DNA from: Flavobacteriaceae bacterium
Lineage (GTDB): Bacteria; Bacteroidota; Bacteroidia; Flavobacteriales; Flavobacteriaceae
Assembly (NCBI GenBank): GCA_017858055.1
Contig: JAFMCA010000007.1
Span: 3,082-67,081, forward strand
Direction of reading: 5' to 3'
Length of the DNA stretch: 64,000 bases
Both the position numbers and the translations under genes were made by a program. Below, piece after piece: positions 48,386-58,095 of this stretch. Within the stretch, counting starts at the first letter, position 1; each line of letters opens with the position of its first letter. The notes beneath the pieces are model-generated. The model made no database searches. It saw only the letters and a list, made by a program, of their open reading frames with translations, and was not told where the DNA came from.

Positions 48386-49687
48386 CTACACTGGAGTACC
48401 GATTAAATCGTAGTCGGTAGCTTCTGTAATAAGAACTTGGAGAAACTCCCCCTGCTTTAAATAGTTCTGCGTTGCATCAATAAGAACCTCATTATCGACA
48501 TCAGGGGAGTCCATAAAAGTTCTCCCTATGTACTGATTTCCTTCTTTTCTGTCGATTAAACATCGATAGGTTTTACCCACACAGCTTTGATTGTGTTCCC
48601 AAGAAATTTGAGACTGGATTTCCATGATCGCATTGGATCGTTGCTGCTTTACTTCTTCTGGAACATCATCTTCCAACTGATGCGCATGTGTATTTTCCTC
48701 ATGACTGTATGTAAAACAACCCAAACGTTCGAATCGCATTTCTTTGACCCAATTCTTTAAGGTTTCAAAATCCGCTTCTGTTTCTCCAGGATATCCTACG
48801 ATTAATGAAGTACGTAAAACAATATTTGGGACTTGCTCGCGAAACTTTTTAAGAAGTTCGGTAGTCTTTGCCTGTGTCGTTCCCCTACGCATCGATTTGA
48901 GTATGGGATCAGCAATATGTTGCAGAGGAATATCCAAATAATTACAGATTTTATTCTCCTCACGAATCACTTCGAGTACATCCTCAGGAAATCCAGTTGG
49001 AAAAGCGTAATGCAACCGAATCCATTCAATACCATCAACTGCTACGAGTGCCTTTAACAAGTCAGCCAGTCTGCGCTTTTTGTATAGATCCAACCCATAA
49101 TAGGTAAGATCTTGTGCGATTAAGATCAATTCTTTTACCCCTTCTTTAGCCAAATACTTCGCTTGTTTGACTAGGTCTTCAATGGGGGTAGATTTGTGCT
49201 TTCCTCGCATTAAAGGGATCGCACAAAACGAGCAAGGACGGTCACAACCTTCCGCAATTTTTAAATAAGCGTAATGCTTTGGACTAGTCAGAATCCGCTC
49301 ACCCACCAACTCATGTTTATAATCCGCCTCTAAAACTTTTAACAACTGGGGTAAATCCGTAGTACCAAAATACTGATCTACTTGAGGAATCTCTTTTTCC
49401 AAGTCGGGTTTGTAGCGTTCACTCAAACAACCCGTCACATATACTTTATCTACCTTTCCAGCTTCTTTATTTTGTATTTGCTCTAAGATCGTGTTGACCG
49501 ATTCTTCTTTTGCATTATCAATAAATCCACAGGTATTAATTACAACGATATTTCCCTCTTTTTCATGCACTACTTCTTTCCCATTGGCACGAAGCTGACC
49601 CATTAGCACTTCCGAATCATAGATGTTTTTGGAACAACCTAAGGTGATGACATTTATCGTATTTTTCTTTAAAGATTTTGTTCGCAT
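48386..49687 (-). CDS. rimO: Ribosomal protein S12 methylthiotransferase
   Basis: Has the UPF0004 N-domain (INVITLGCSKN), the radical-SAM motif CDRPCSFCAIP and a C-terminal TRAM domain. Confidence 0.92.
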   Translation of the reverse strand: MRTKSLKKNTINVITLGCSKNIYDSEVLMGQLRANGKEVVHEKEGNIVVINTCGFIDNAKEESVNTILEQIQNKEAGKVDKVYVTGCLSERYKPDLEKEIPQVDQYFGTTDLPQLLKVLEADYKHELVGERILTSPKHYAYLKIAEGCDRPCSFCAIPLMRGKHKSTPIEDLVKQAKYLAKEGVKELILIAQDLTYYGLDLYKKRRLADLLKALVAVDGIEWIRLHYAFPTGFPEDVLEVIREENKICNYLDIPLQHIADPILKSMRRGTTQAKTTELLKKFREQVPNIVLRTSLIVGYPGETEADFETLKNWVKEMRFERLGCFTYSHEENTHAHQLEDDVPEEVKQQRSNAIMEIQSQISWEHNQSCVGKTYRCLIDRKEGNQYIGRTFMDSPDVDNEVLIDATQNYLKQGEFLQVLITEATDYDLIGTPV

Positions 49688-49690
49688 AGT

Positions 49691-51337
49691 TTATTGAAAA
49701 AGCGTGGGAATTTGACGTGATTTACTCAAACGCTCAAATGCGGCGCCTAATTCAAGTAAAAGTTGTTCTTTTTTTGAAGGAGCGATAAAGGTCAAGTTTT
49801 GGGGTTGACCTTCCTTGGTATATCCCATAGGGACTCCTAACGCGGGGAAATGGGCCGCAGCAGCATTTCGGGCGGAATAATTATCGATTGATAAAAATGC
49901 ATCTACAGCATACTTATTTATTATTTCTTGAAAATATAATGTTGCATTTTGCATCAGTTCTTTTTTCTGAGGTTCAAATTCAGCTTGTGAACTTTTTTCC
50001 TCTAAAATTCCTAAGAAAATATCCTGTCCATAAGGTGCATGTAAAAGCGTGTCTTGGGTGTTGAATGCAACGATGTCTTGAACAGAGTCCAATTCAATCG
50101 AAGAGTTGGCATAGGTATTTAGGTATTTTGGTAAGTCTGAACGCATGTCTACATCCAAAATTCTTCTAAAGCCTTCCATATCAATTTCAGGAGGATCGAA
50201 GGGAATGAGGATGGCTCCTGCTGATTTCATTTTTGCTAGGGCGAGCTGCATTAAACTATCCTCCTCAAACTTACGATTGATTCCCAAACGTTTTCCTTTT
50301 AAAGTAACGGTATCCAGATGATCAAATCGAATGGGTTCACTAGGGTAACTGGAACTGTCTCTGGTGTCCTCTGCTAGGAGGGCACTCATCAATATAGCAT
50401 TGTCGAGTACGTTTTTTGTCATGGGACCAGCGGTATCCAAACTACTTGATATCGGTACGATACCTCCCCGACTTAGCGCTCCAATAGTTGGTTTTAAACC
50501 CACCACACTATTTTTTCCTGAGGGAGATAAGATGGAACCTGAAGTCTCAGATCCAATAGCTGCCACGGCGTAATTTGCTGCTACGGCTACCCCACTCCCA
50601 GAACTGGAACCGCCTGTCTCCAATTGTTTTCTGCCGTAAGGATTTAGAGTCTGTCCACCCATTGCACTATAGCCAAGGGGACAACCCTGACAAAAATAAT
50701 ATGCCCACTCACTTAAATTTACTTTCCCTAAAATTAGTGCCCCTCTGCTTTTTAATTGACTTACGATAAAGGCATCCGCTACTGGGAAATTTTGAGCCAT
50801 TGCAGCAGCCCCAGCGGTCGTTGCCATAGGAACTGCATCAATATTGTCTTTTAATAAAATGGGCATACCATACACCAGATGAGAAAGTTCTGGTTTGGGT
50901 TCTTTATCTAGCAAACGAGCCTGTTTGAGCACGTCGGGATTTAGAGAAATGATCGCATTGAGAAAGGTTTCACGTTGAAATTCAAAATGATAAATTCGGT
51001 AGAGGTAAAATAAAGTTAATGACTCGTAGGTCAACACCCCTTCCTCTATGTGTTTTTGTAGAGTTGGGATATTTTGCTCAAGTATAAATGGCTTAAGCGC
51101 GTCGTGTTCGGCTTGAGAGAAAGCAGCTAGTTCCTTTTTAAAGGGAATGAACAGTGCATTGCGATCAGTGTGCTGCGACTGTATTCTTTTGTATTGCATT
51201 CGAGCAAGGGGATGGTCAGTATTGGCAAGCAATTCCTCAGATTCATCGTAAGGTTCCCAATGTTTTAACGTGGGATTGGATGACTCACAACTCAAAAACA
51301 GCAGTGAAGAAAAAAGAAGTAGAGAACAGAACCGCAT
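49691..51337 (-). CDS. Exported amidase (amidase-signature family)
   Basis: Has a lipobox (LLFLSCESS) and the AS signature GGSSSGSGVAVAANYAVAAIGSETSGSI. Confidence 0.85.
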   Translation of the reverse strand: MRFCSLLLFSSLLFLSCESSNPTLKHWEPYDESEELLANTDHPLARMQYKRIQSQHTDRNALFIPFKKELAAFSQAEHDALKPFILEQNIPTLQKHIEEGVLTYESLTLFYLYRIYHFEFQRETFLNAIISLNPDVLKQARLLDKEPKPELSHLVYGMPILLKDNIDAVPMATTAGAAAMAQNFPVADAFIVSQLKSRGALILGKVNLSEWAYYFCQGCPLGYSAMGGQTLNPYGRKQLETGGSSSGSGVAVAANYAVAAIGSETSGSILSPSGKNSVVGLKPTIGALSRGGIVPISSSLDTAGPMTKNVLDNAILMSALLAEDTRDSSSYPSEPIRFDHLDTVTLKGKRLGINRKFEEDSLMQLALAKMKSAGAILIPFDPPEIDMEGFRRILDVDMRSDLPKYLNTYANSSIELDSVQDIVAFNTQDTLLHAPYGQDIFLGILEEKSSQAEFEPQKKELMQNATLYFQEIINKYAVDAFLSIDNYSARNAAAAHFPALGVPMGYTKEGQPQNLTFIAPSKKEQLLLELGAAFERLSKSRQIPTLFQ

Positions 51338-51340
51338 AAA

Positions 51341-52327
51341 CTACTTTTTTAAAACTTTATTAAAAAATGCTATGGCCTCCTTTGCCACCTCATCGTAATT
51401 TGCTGTTGAAAGTGAAGAAGTCAAAACGTGATCATTAATTTCAGGAAAAGCTTTTTTAAATTTTAAAGAATCGGGAGTGCCCAATTGGTCAAACATTTTG
51501 AGCATGGCAGGTACTGAAACGACTTGGTCCTGAAGGCTGTCATTTTTGAAATAATATCCCATAAAAAGTGGAACTGAAACTTTCTTAAATGTTGACTTCC
51601 GCATTTTTATATCTAAAAACTTTTGCATTTGGACTGTAGCTTCCAGACGTGCTTTTGTAGTCCAATATTTTTTCTTTTCTTCGTTGTTGGTTACCATGTA
51701 ATGGTAGTTGCCTCCTTTTACAAGACGTGCGATTTGTAACCCCCAAGGTTTCGAAAGTAATTTTGCTTTGGAATCAAATACTTCAATGTTTGGACCAAAC
51801 AATCCTAGGGCACAAATTTTAGAATCATCTGCCAAAGAGAGGCTTAAGGCGCCACCATGAGAAGTACCCAGTAAAATAACCTTTTCTCCAAGTCGTTTTG
51901 CGATTTCAACCGCTTCTTTCCCAGACTCCCAAAAATCATCATTGTTAAAAGTGAGCATGGGTTCCTCCTCTTCCAATCCGTGTCCGTAAAGTCTTGGGAC
52001 ATATAAATTGGCATTAAAGGCTTGAGCTATCATTTTATGAACAGGATCCCCCTCTTTTCCAGAAGCGGTAAAACCATGGAGATACAACACACTATATTCT
52101 GTTTTTTGAGGGATGGAATCGTTAAAATACAATTTGGATTCGTTATCGAAACGAATATTTCCTTGGGCTTGTTCTTTGGATTGTATCCAATTTTGTAATG
52201 AATCTAAATCCTTGGGAACATAGGGAATCTCCTCTGAAAATTGAGGTGTTTCTACCCGTGGTCCCACAAGATAAACCGCTCCTAATAAAAGAAAAACAAC
52301 CGCAACAACTCTAAAAAATTTTAGCAT
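51341..52327 (-). CDS. Alpha/beta hydrolase
   Basis: Has the nucleophile elbow GTSHGG and an N-terminal anchor or signal (MLKFFRVVAVVFLLLGAV). The internal ATG at 52327 is preferred because the longer ORF would overlap ftsY by 56 nt. Confidence 0.7.
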   Translation of the reverse strand: MLKFFRVVAVVFLLLGAVYLVGPRVETPQFSEEIPYVPKDLDSLQNWIQSKEQAQGNIRFDNESKLYFNDSIPQKTEYSVLYLHGFTASGKEGDPVHKMIAQAFNANLYVPRLYGHGLEEEEPMLTFNNDDFWESGKEAVEIAKRLGEKVILLGTSHGGALSLSLADDSKICALGLFGPNIEVFDSKAKLLSKPWGLQIARLVKGGNYHYMVTNNEEKKKYWTTKARLEATVQMQKFLDIKMRKSTFKKVSVPLFMGYYFKNDSLQDQVVSVPAMLKMFDQLGTPDSLKFKKAFPEINDHVLTSSLSTANYDEVAKEAIAFFNKVLKK

Positions 52328-52334
52328 CCGAAAA

Positions 52335-53288
52335 TTAATTAAATAGCGTTTTGATAAAATTTTGCTTGTCGAATAGTTGGAGGTCTTCAATTCCTTCTCC
52401 TACACCAATATACTTCACCGGGATTTGAAATTGATCGGAAATTCCTAGAAGCACGCCACCTTTAGCCGTTCCATCCAACTTTGTAATGGCTAAACTACTC
52501 ACTTCTGTAGCAGCCGTAAATTGTTTGGCTTGTTCAAAAGCATTTTGTCCAGTAGATCCATCTAAAACCAAAAGAACTTCATGAGGTGCATTAGGAATAA
52601 CCTTTTCCATGACACGTTTTACCTTAGACAATTCATTCATCAAATTTACCTTATTGTGAAGCCGTCCTGCGGTATCAATAAAAACAATATCCACTTCCTG
52701 AGCTTTTGCGGACTGCAGGGTATCAAAAGCAACGGAGGCAGGATCGCTGCCCATTTCCTGACGAACTAGGGGAACATCGACACGATCTGCCCATATTTGG
52801 AGTTGATCAATGGCTCCAGCTCGAAACGTATCTGCTGCCCCAAGCATTACTTTTTTACCGGCAGTTTTAAATTGATGGGCTAATTTACCAACAGTCGTCG
52901 TTTTTCCCACACCATTTACACCGACTAACATGACCACATGAGGCGTTTCCTTAAACTCAACATGAAGTGCATCTGGATCCTTTGCTTCAGGAGAAACTAG
53001 AAGTGCCAGGATTTCTTCTTGCATCATAAGCATTAGGTCTTCTTGACCAAGATATTTATCTTTAGCCGTTCGAGCTTCTAATGCTTTTATAATTTTAAGA
53101 GTAGTGGTAACACCAACATCCGATTGAATCAGGGCATCTTCCAATTCATCGAGAAGATCCTCATCAATTTTGGTTTTCCCAACAAGGGCAGTCCCTAACT
53201 TGGATAAAAAAGATTTTTTAGTATTGGCTAGACCCTTCTCAAGTTTCTTTTGATCTTGTTTTGAAAAAAAAGCACTGAGTTTTCCCAT
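52335..53288 (-). CDS. ftsY: Signal recognition particle receptor FtsY
   Basis: Has NG-domain GTPase motifs GVNGVGKTT, DTAGRLH and TKLDGTAKGG. Confidence 0.95.
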   Translation of the reverse strand: MGKLSAFFSKQDQKKLEKGLANTKKSFLSKLGTALVGKTKIDEDLLDELEDALIQSDVGVTTTLKIIKALEARTAKDKYLGQEDLMLMMQEEILALLVSPEAKDPDALHVEFKETPHVVMLVGVNGVGKTTTVGKLAHQFKTAGKKVMLGAADTFRAGAIDQLQIWADRVDVPLVRQEMGSDPASVAFDTLQSAKAQEVDIVFIDTAGRLHNKVNLMNELSKVKRVMEKVIPNAPHEVLLVLDGSTGQNAFEQAKQFTAATEVSSLAITKLDGTAKGGVLLGISDQFQIPVKYIGVGEGIEDLQLFDKQNFIKTLFN

Positions 53289-53300
53289 GAAATAGTTATA

Positions 53301-53328
53301 TAAAAAAAGCTACCTAAAAGTAGCTTTT
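53301..53328 (-). terminator. Intrinsic terminator after the rpmB-rpmG-DUF4295 unit
   Basis: On the minus strand, AAAAGCTAC-ttttag-GTAGCTTTT is followed by further T residues. It sits between the small ORF stop (53349) and the ftsY start (53288). Confidence 0.6.
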
Positions 53329-53348
53329 ATTTTCTGAAGGAAAAACAA

Positions 53349-53501
53349 TTACTGTTTGTCCAACCAGTTACTGGCCAAATCAGGTGCAATGATAGTTTCT
53401 ACAAAACTATAAGAATCACTTCCGTTTTTCTTCACCATTTTAATCGCTTTTGTCAAACGCTTTGAGCCTGTTTGTAATGTTGCTACGGATTTCTTTGCCA
53501 T
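53349..53501 (-). CDS. DUF4295-family small protein (50 aa)
   Basis: Hand translation gives MAKKSVATLQTGSKRLTKAIKMVKKNGSDSYSFVETIIAPDLASNWLDKQ, with ATG at 53501-53499 and TAA at 53351-53349. It starts 3 nt after the rpmG stop and is below the 60-aa cutoff of the ORF track. The rpmB-rpmG-DUF4295 order is the usual Bacteroidota arrangement as I recall it. Confidence 0.75.
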   Translation of the reverse strand: MAKKSVATLQTGSKRLTKAIKMVKKNGSDSYSFVETIIAPDLASNWLDKQ

Positions 53502-53504
53502 GAC

Positions 53505-53687
53505 TTACTTAATTTCTTTATGAACCGTCATTTTTTTCAAAATCGGGTTAAATTTTTTGATTTCTAAACGCTCAGGCGTATTTTTTTTGTTTTTCGTCGT
53601 TATGTAACGAGAAGTTCCTGGTCTGCCAGAATCTTTGTGTTCTGTGCATTCCAATATTACTTGAACTCTATTTCCTTTCTTTGCCAT
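53505..53687 (-). CDS. rpmG: 50S ribosomal protein L33
   Basis: A 60-aa protein with [17 protein letters not shown] and a basic tail, typical of L33. Confidence 0.95.
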   Translation of the reverse strand: MAKKGNRVQVILECTEHKDSGRPGTSRYITTKNKKNTPERLEIKKFNPILKKMTVHKEIK

Positions 53688-53692
53688 TGGTA

Positions 53693-53932
53693 TTAACCTT
53701 TATAGTTTCCTTTCGCGCGCGCTTCTTTAAGCACCGCAGCAATCCCTTTTCTATTAATCGTTTTCAACGTTGAAGTTGAAATGTTGAGGGTTACCCACTT
53801 ACTTTCTTCTGGGATAAAGAAACGTTTTTTAATAATATTAGCATCAAATCGACGCTTGGTACGGTTTAATGCATGAGAAACATTGTTCCCGAACATGACG
53901 CGTTTTCCAGTGATTTCACAAACTTTGGACAT
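53693..53932 (-). CDS. rpmB: 50S ribosomal protein L28
   Basis: The N-terminus [29 protein letters not shown] is typical of L28. Confidence 0.95.
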   Translation of the reverse strand: MSKVCEITGKRVMFGNNVSHALNRTKRRFDANIIKKRFFIPEESKWVTLNISTSTLKTINRKGIAAVLKEARAKGNYKG

Positions 53933-53955
53933 GGTGGTCTTTTTTTACGTGGGTG

Positions 53956-53963
53956 CAAATTTA
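53956..53963 (-). promoter_or_regulatory. Candidate -7 promoter box (TAaaTTTG) upstream of rpmB
   Basis: Exact TAnnTTTG on the minus strand, 23 nt upstream of the rpmB ATG. I found no clean -33 TTTG. Confidence 0.3.
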
Positions 53964-54012
53964 CTTTTTTTTATACAGTATTAAAAATGTTTTTAAAAAA
54001 TAAACACACTTT

Positions 54013-55254
54013 TTAAAACAATTGCTTAAAAATAAGTTCAAGTGCCTTATGAACTGCTTTCTGAACTACACGTTCTCTGTGTTTCCCAAAAAGAAATTTT
54101 TCGCTGTACACCCCCGATGGACTAGCAAGGGCAATCCATACTGTGCCAATTTCAGCGTCCGAATCTCCTTTGCTGGGTCCAGCATTACCAGTAGTTGCAA
54201 TTGCCAAGTTTGTATTGAATTTTTTTTGAGCTTGAAGTGCCATGGATTCAGCCACTTCTTGACTTACTACAGAAAATTCAGTGATCAAGGCTTCAGGAAC
54301 GCCTAATAAATCAATCTTGGATTGGGTGTGGTAGGTCACCGCACTTCCTTTAAAATATTGTGATGCCCCAGGTATTTTCGTTAAAACAGCAGCAATTTCT
54401 CCTCCAGTACAACTCTCTGCTGCAGATAAGGTCAATTGCTTTGCTATACATTGCGCTTGAATGCGCTCCTCTAAGGAAGTTTCGTCTTCATAGCCAAAAA
54501 AAATATCCTGAATCAATGGAATTAGAATCTTAAACTCTTCTTCAATTTCTGTTTCCAATTGCTTTTCATCTAATCCTTTCCCTGAAAGTCTAAGCCTCAC
54601 TTTACCCAAATTAGGAAGATACGCCAGTTTGATATGGGTGGGCAAATTGTTTTCCCAACCTTCAATTCGCTCCGCGATTGCACTCTCTCCAAGACCATAA
54701 GTTAAAGCTGTTTTGTGAAGAATATAAGGGCGTTCAAAATGATTTTGTAATGCAGGCAGAACACTCTGGGTCATAAGCGCTTTCATTTCAAAGGGCACCC
54801 CGGGAAGCGCAACAACAACTTGCCCATTTTGTTCAAACCACATCCCTGAAGCAGTCCCGTGTTCATTTTTAAAAATACGAGCTTTTGAGGGTAATAACGC
54901 TTGCTGTCGGTTTTGATCATTGATCGGGGTGGTGACGTATTTAGCAAAGATTTCTTCTATGTGTTGCAAAATATCTTGATTCATAACTAGGGAATCTTCA
55001 AAATATTCGCACAACGTATGCTTGGTAATGTCGTCTTTAGTTGGGCCTAATCCCCCCGTAATTAGGACTATTTGAGCTCTTTTTTTGGTCGAGTCCAGGG
55101 CTTCAAGAATAGCAATTTGATCATCCGATATCGAGGTGATTTGCACGATTTCAATTCCGATTTTATTTAATGCCTTGGAGAGAAATACGGAGTTGGTATT
55201 AACAATTTGACCAATGAGTATTTCATCGCCAATGGTAATTAGTTCTGCTTTCAT
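54013..55254 (-). CDS. cinA: Competence/damage-inducible protein CinA (MoCF-like domain plus nicotinamide-nucleotide amidohydrolase domain)
   Basis: Has the N-terminal ELITIGDEILIGQIVNTNS and the C-terminal PncC-type motif LSAAESCTGGEIAA. Confidence 0.9.
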   Translation of the reverse strand: MKAELITIGDEILIGQIVNTNSVFLSKALNKIGIEIVQITSISDDQIAILEALDSTKKRAQIVLITGGLGPTKDDITKHTLCEYFEDSLVMNQDILQHIEEIFAKYVTTPINDQNRQQALLPSKARIFKNEHGTASGMWFEQNGQVVVALPGVPFEMKALMTQSVLPALQNHFERPYILHKTALTYGLGESAIAERIEGWENNLPTHIKLAYLPNLGKVRLRLSGKGLDEKQLETEIEEEFKILIPLIQDIFFGYEDETSLEERIQAQCIAKQLTLSAAESCTGGEIAAVLTKIPGASQYFKGSAVTYHTQSKIDLLGVPEALITEFSVVSQEVAESMALQAQKKFNTNLAIATTGNAGPSKGDSDAEIGTVWIALASPSGVYSEKFLFGKHRERVVQKAVHKALELIFKQLF

Positions 55255-55255
55255 T

Positions 55256-55867
55256 TTATTTGATTTTTACCGTGAATGCCTCCTCGGCACCCACATACCC
55301 CTGAAGTACGTCTCCTTCATGTACAGGACCTACTCCTGCTGGCGTTCCCGTAAACACGATGTCTCCAATTTTTAGTGTGAAATATTGCGAAATATAAGCA
55401 ATCAATTCATCCATTTTCCAGAGCATTTGAGCGGTATTCCCCTGTTGTACGATACTCCCGTTTTTTTTCAAAGAAAAAGGAATGTCGTTAAGATTTTTAA
55501 ATTGTTCTTTGGGATACCATTTTCCTACCAGTGCTGAACCGTCAAAAGCCTTTGCTTTTTCCCAAGGCAAACCTTTGGACTTCAATTCGGTCTGAAGTGT
55601 TCGTGCTGTAAAATCGATTCCAAGTCCTATTTTACTGTAATATTTCGGTGCAAATTGAGGCTCGATATGTTTACCGATTCGATCAATCCGGACTAAAATT
55701 TCAACTTCATGGTGAATATCATTACTAAAATGAGGAAGAAAAAAAGGGTGCTTATTTTGGAGCATACTGGTATCGGGCTTAATAAAAAGCACGGGGTCGG
55801 TTGGACGTTCATTTTGAAGTTCATCAATATGAGCGCTGTAATTTCTTCCTACACAAATAAGCTTCAC
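55256..55867 (-). CDS. Fumarylacetoacetate hydrolase (FAH)-family protein
   Basis: Has KLICVGRNYSAHIDE, HEVEL and the C-terminal GDIVFTGTPAGVG. Confidence 0.85.
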   Translation of the reverse strand: MKLICVGRNYSAHIDELQNERPTDPVLFIKPDTSMLQNKHPFFLPHFSNDIHHEVEILVRIDRIGKHIEPQFAPKYYSKIGLGIDFTARTLQTELKSKGLPWEKAKAFDGSALVGKWYPKEQFKNLNDIPFSLKKNGSIVQQGNTAQMLWKMDELIAYISQYFTLKIGDIVFTGTPAGVGPVHEGDVLQGYVGAEEAFTVKIK

Positions 55868-55872
55868 TGCCG

Positions 55873-56646
55873 TTAAGATTTAGTGTTTAACTCTTGTAGA
55901 CGAATTTCGGTCAAGAGTTTTTTGGTGTATAATGGAAAGTCCGCATTCAATACCCAGCCAAAATATCCAGGCTCTTGGGCTAGGACATCGGTTACTTTTT
56001 TCCCTTTGTGTTTGCCAAAACCAAAACACATGGCTTCGCTTTTATCATAAACGATAAAACCTGCGAAATCGGCTGTTTTTCTTCGGGTACTGAAACTGTT
56101 TAAGAAATCAATATTGGGTTCCAGTTCGGAATACCGTTCTAATTGTGCAATAAGTACATCATGAGTTGCTTGCGTATCTGCTTGAGCCGTATGGGCATCC
56201 GTAAGATCTTGACTGCAATAAAACCTCAGTGCAGCCGACAAAGTTCGGGCCTCCATTTTATGGAATATGGTCTGTACGTCAACGGTTTTAATGTTTTTAA
56301 AATCAAAAGGAATTTCAGCACGTAGCAATTCCTCCACGAGGAGGGGAATATCAAAACGATCTGAATTGTAGCCCGCTAGATCGCAGCCTTTGATATAACT
56401 GTAAATCTCTTTAGACAATTCTTTAAAAGTTGGCTCATTCGCGACCATTTCATCTGTAATCCCATGGACATTGGAGGCTTCTAAGGGGATCGGCTGTTCT
56501 GGATTGACACGCCATTCTTTCATTTCACGTGTGCCGTTGGGATGAACTTTAAGTACAGCCATTTCGACAATTCGATCTTTAGCGATTGCAGTACCTGTAG
56601 TTTCTAAATCAAAAAAACATAAGGGTTTGGTAAGTTCTAATTTCAT
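55873..56646 (-). CDS. DEDDh 3'-5' exonuclease (DnaQ/epsilon-like)
   Basis: Has Exo I FFDLETTG, Exo II GYNSDRFDIPLL and Exo III HTAQADTQA. ATG at 56646 is preferred because the longer ORF overlaps the upstream gene. Confidence 0.85.
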   Translation of the reverse strand: MKLELTKPLCFFDLETTGTAIAKDRIVEMAVLKVHPNGTREMKEWRVNPEQPIPLEASNVHGITDEMVANEPTFKELSKEIYSYIKGCDLAGYNSDRFDIPLLVEELLRAEIPFDFKNIKTVDVQTIFHKMEARTLSAALRFYCSQDLTDAHTAQADTQATHDVLIAQLERYSELEPNIDFLNSFSTRRKTADFAGFIVYDKSEAMCFGFGKHKGKKVTDVLAQEPGYFGWVLNADFPLYTKKLLTEIRLQELNTKS

Positions 56647-56657
56647 AGTGCTTGGGT

Positions 56658-58019
56658 TTAATAAGGAAGCGTTTCGCTCCAATTTTCAAGATACTCTGCG
56701 ACGCGCTTAACAAACATACCGCCAGTAGCACCATTTATAATTCGGTGATCGTAACTGTGAGATAAAATAACTTTTCTTCTAATACCTATAAAATCACCCT
56801 TTGGGGTTTCTATGACCGCAGGCATTTTTCGAATGGCACCAATAGCTAATATTCCGACTTGAGGCTGATTGATTATCGGTGTCCCCATGAGGGAACCAAA
56901 TTGTCCAATATTGGTAAATGTATAGGTTCCTCCCTGTACCTCTTCTGGGGTTAATCGTCCTGATCGAGCTCGGACAGCAAGATCGTTTACCGCTTTTGCT
57001 AGACCTACTAAATTCAAATAATCAGCATTCTTTATTACCGGAACAATTAAATTCCCATCGGGAAGCGCAGTTGCCATTCCCAAATTAATTGCTTTTTTAA
57101 GTATAATTTTCTGCGCGTCAATACTGCTGTTCATTTCTGGAAAATCCCGCAATGCTTTTATGATGGCATGCATAAACAGAGGAGTAAAAGTCAATTTGTC
57201 ATTTTCTCTTTTTTGAAATGCCGTTTTTACCCCTTCCCTCCAATCCCAAAGATGGGTTACGTCAACTTCAATAAAAGATTGAACATGAGCGGATGTTTTT
57301 AAGCTCGAAATCATATGATCCGAGATTAGATTTTCCATACGAGTCATTTCACGAAACTGATCACTACCGCTAGATGAAATTGTAGGACTTGGAGGAGGTG
57401 TTGGAATGTCAGCAGAGGCAGGAGAGGAATGGATTGCTTGGGTTTTGGGCTGAAGTGGGGGTGAAGTTCTTTGCTCTAAATAAGACAAAATATCATTTTT
57501 AGTTAGCCGCTCGTCTTTTCCAGTTCCTGGAATCTGTTCCATTTCCTCTAAGGATAGGCCTTCTTTTTTGGCAATATTTCGAACCAAGGGAGAATAAAAT
57601 CGCTTTCCATCTCCAACATTTATTTTAGTGTATTCCTCTACTTGAGCAATGTGTTGTTCTATTTCTTCTGCGGTGGTTTGAGGGTTTGGAATGGAGGAGA
57701 TCTCTTCTTGAGTTCCATTTGTTTCTTCTTGAATCTCTTCCGGAACTTCTGCATCTTCTCCTGGAGAAATTCCCTCACCCTCTACTTCGATCACCACTAA
57801 AGTTTCTCCTACTTTCACAACCTCATTTTCACCAAAACGTTTTTCTATCAATACTCCCTCTACTTCTGAGGTAACATCGGTGTCCACTTTATCGGTAGCA
57901 ATTTCAACGATGGGATCATCTAAATAAACCGTGTCGCCCACTTCCTTTAACCATTTGGTTACGGTAGCTTCTGCAACACTCTCCCCCATTTTGGGTAATT
58001 TTAAATGATATTGTCCCAT
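56658..58019 (-). CDS. 2-oxoacid dehydrogenase complex E2 (dihydrolipoamide acyltransferase)
   Basis: Has a lipoyl domain (VEIATDKVDTDV), a subunit-binding domain (SPLVRNIAKKEGLSLEEM) and a Pro/Ser-rich linker. The catalytic motif SYDHRIINGA is present. Confidence 0.9.
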   Translation of the reverse strand: MGQYHLKLPKMGESVAEATVTKWLKEVGDTVYLDDPIVEIATDKVDTDVTSEVEGVLIEKRFGENEVVKVGETLVVIEVEGEGISPGEDAEVPEEIQEETNGTQEEISSIPNPQTTAEEIEQHIAQVEEYTKINVGDGKRFYSPLVRNIAKKEGLSLEEMEQIPGTGKDERLTKNDILSYLEQRTSPPLQPKTQAIHSSPASADIPTPPPSPTISSSGSDQFREMTRMENLISDHMISSLKTSAHVQSFIEVDVTHLWDWREGVKTAFQKRENDKLTFTPLFMHAIIKALRDFPEMNSSIDAQKIILKKAINLGMATALPDGNLIVPVIKNADYLNLVGLAKAVNDLAVRARSGRLTPEEVQGGTYTFTNIGQFGSLMGTPIINQPQVGILAIGAIRKMPAVIETPKGDFIGIRRKVILSHSYDHRIINGATGGMFVKRVAEYLENWSETLPY

Positions 58020-58035
58020 ACTAGACTTTGTTTTG

Positions 58036-58043
58036 CAAAAGTA
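58036..58043 (-). promoter_or_regulatory. Candidate -7 promoter box (TActTTTG) upstream of the E2 gene
   Basis: Exact TAnnTTTG on the minus strand, 16 nt upstream of the ATG at 58019. The nearest TTTG upstream is only 15 bp away, so its spacing is suboptimal. Confidence 0.3.
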
Positions 58044-58095
58044 TCAATTTTTAAGGTTCAAAAGGCATACTTTAAAGAGCAACCTGAATTAAAAC

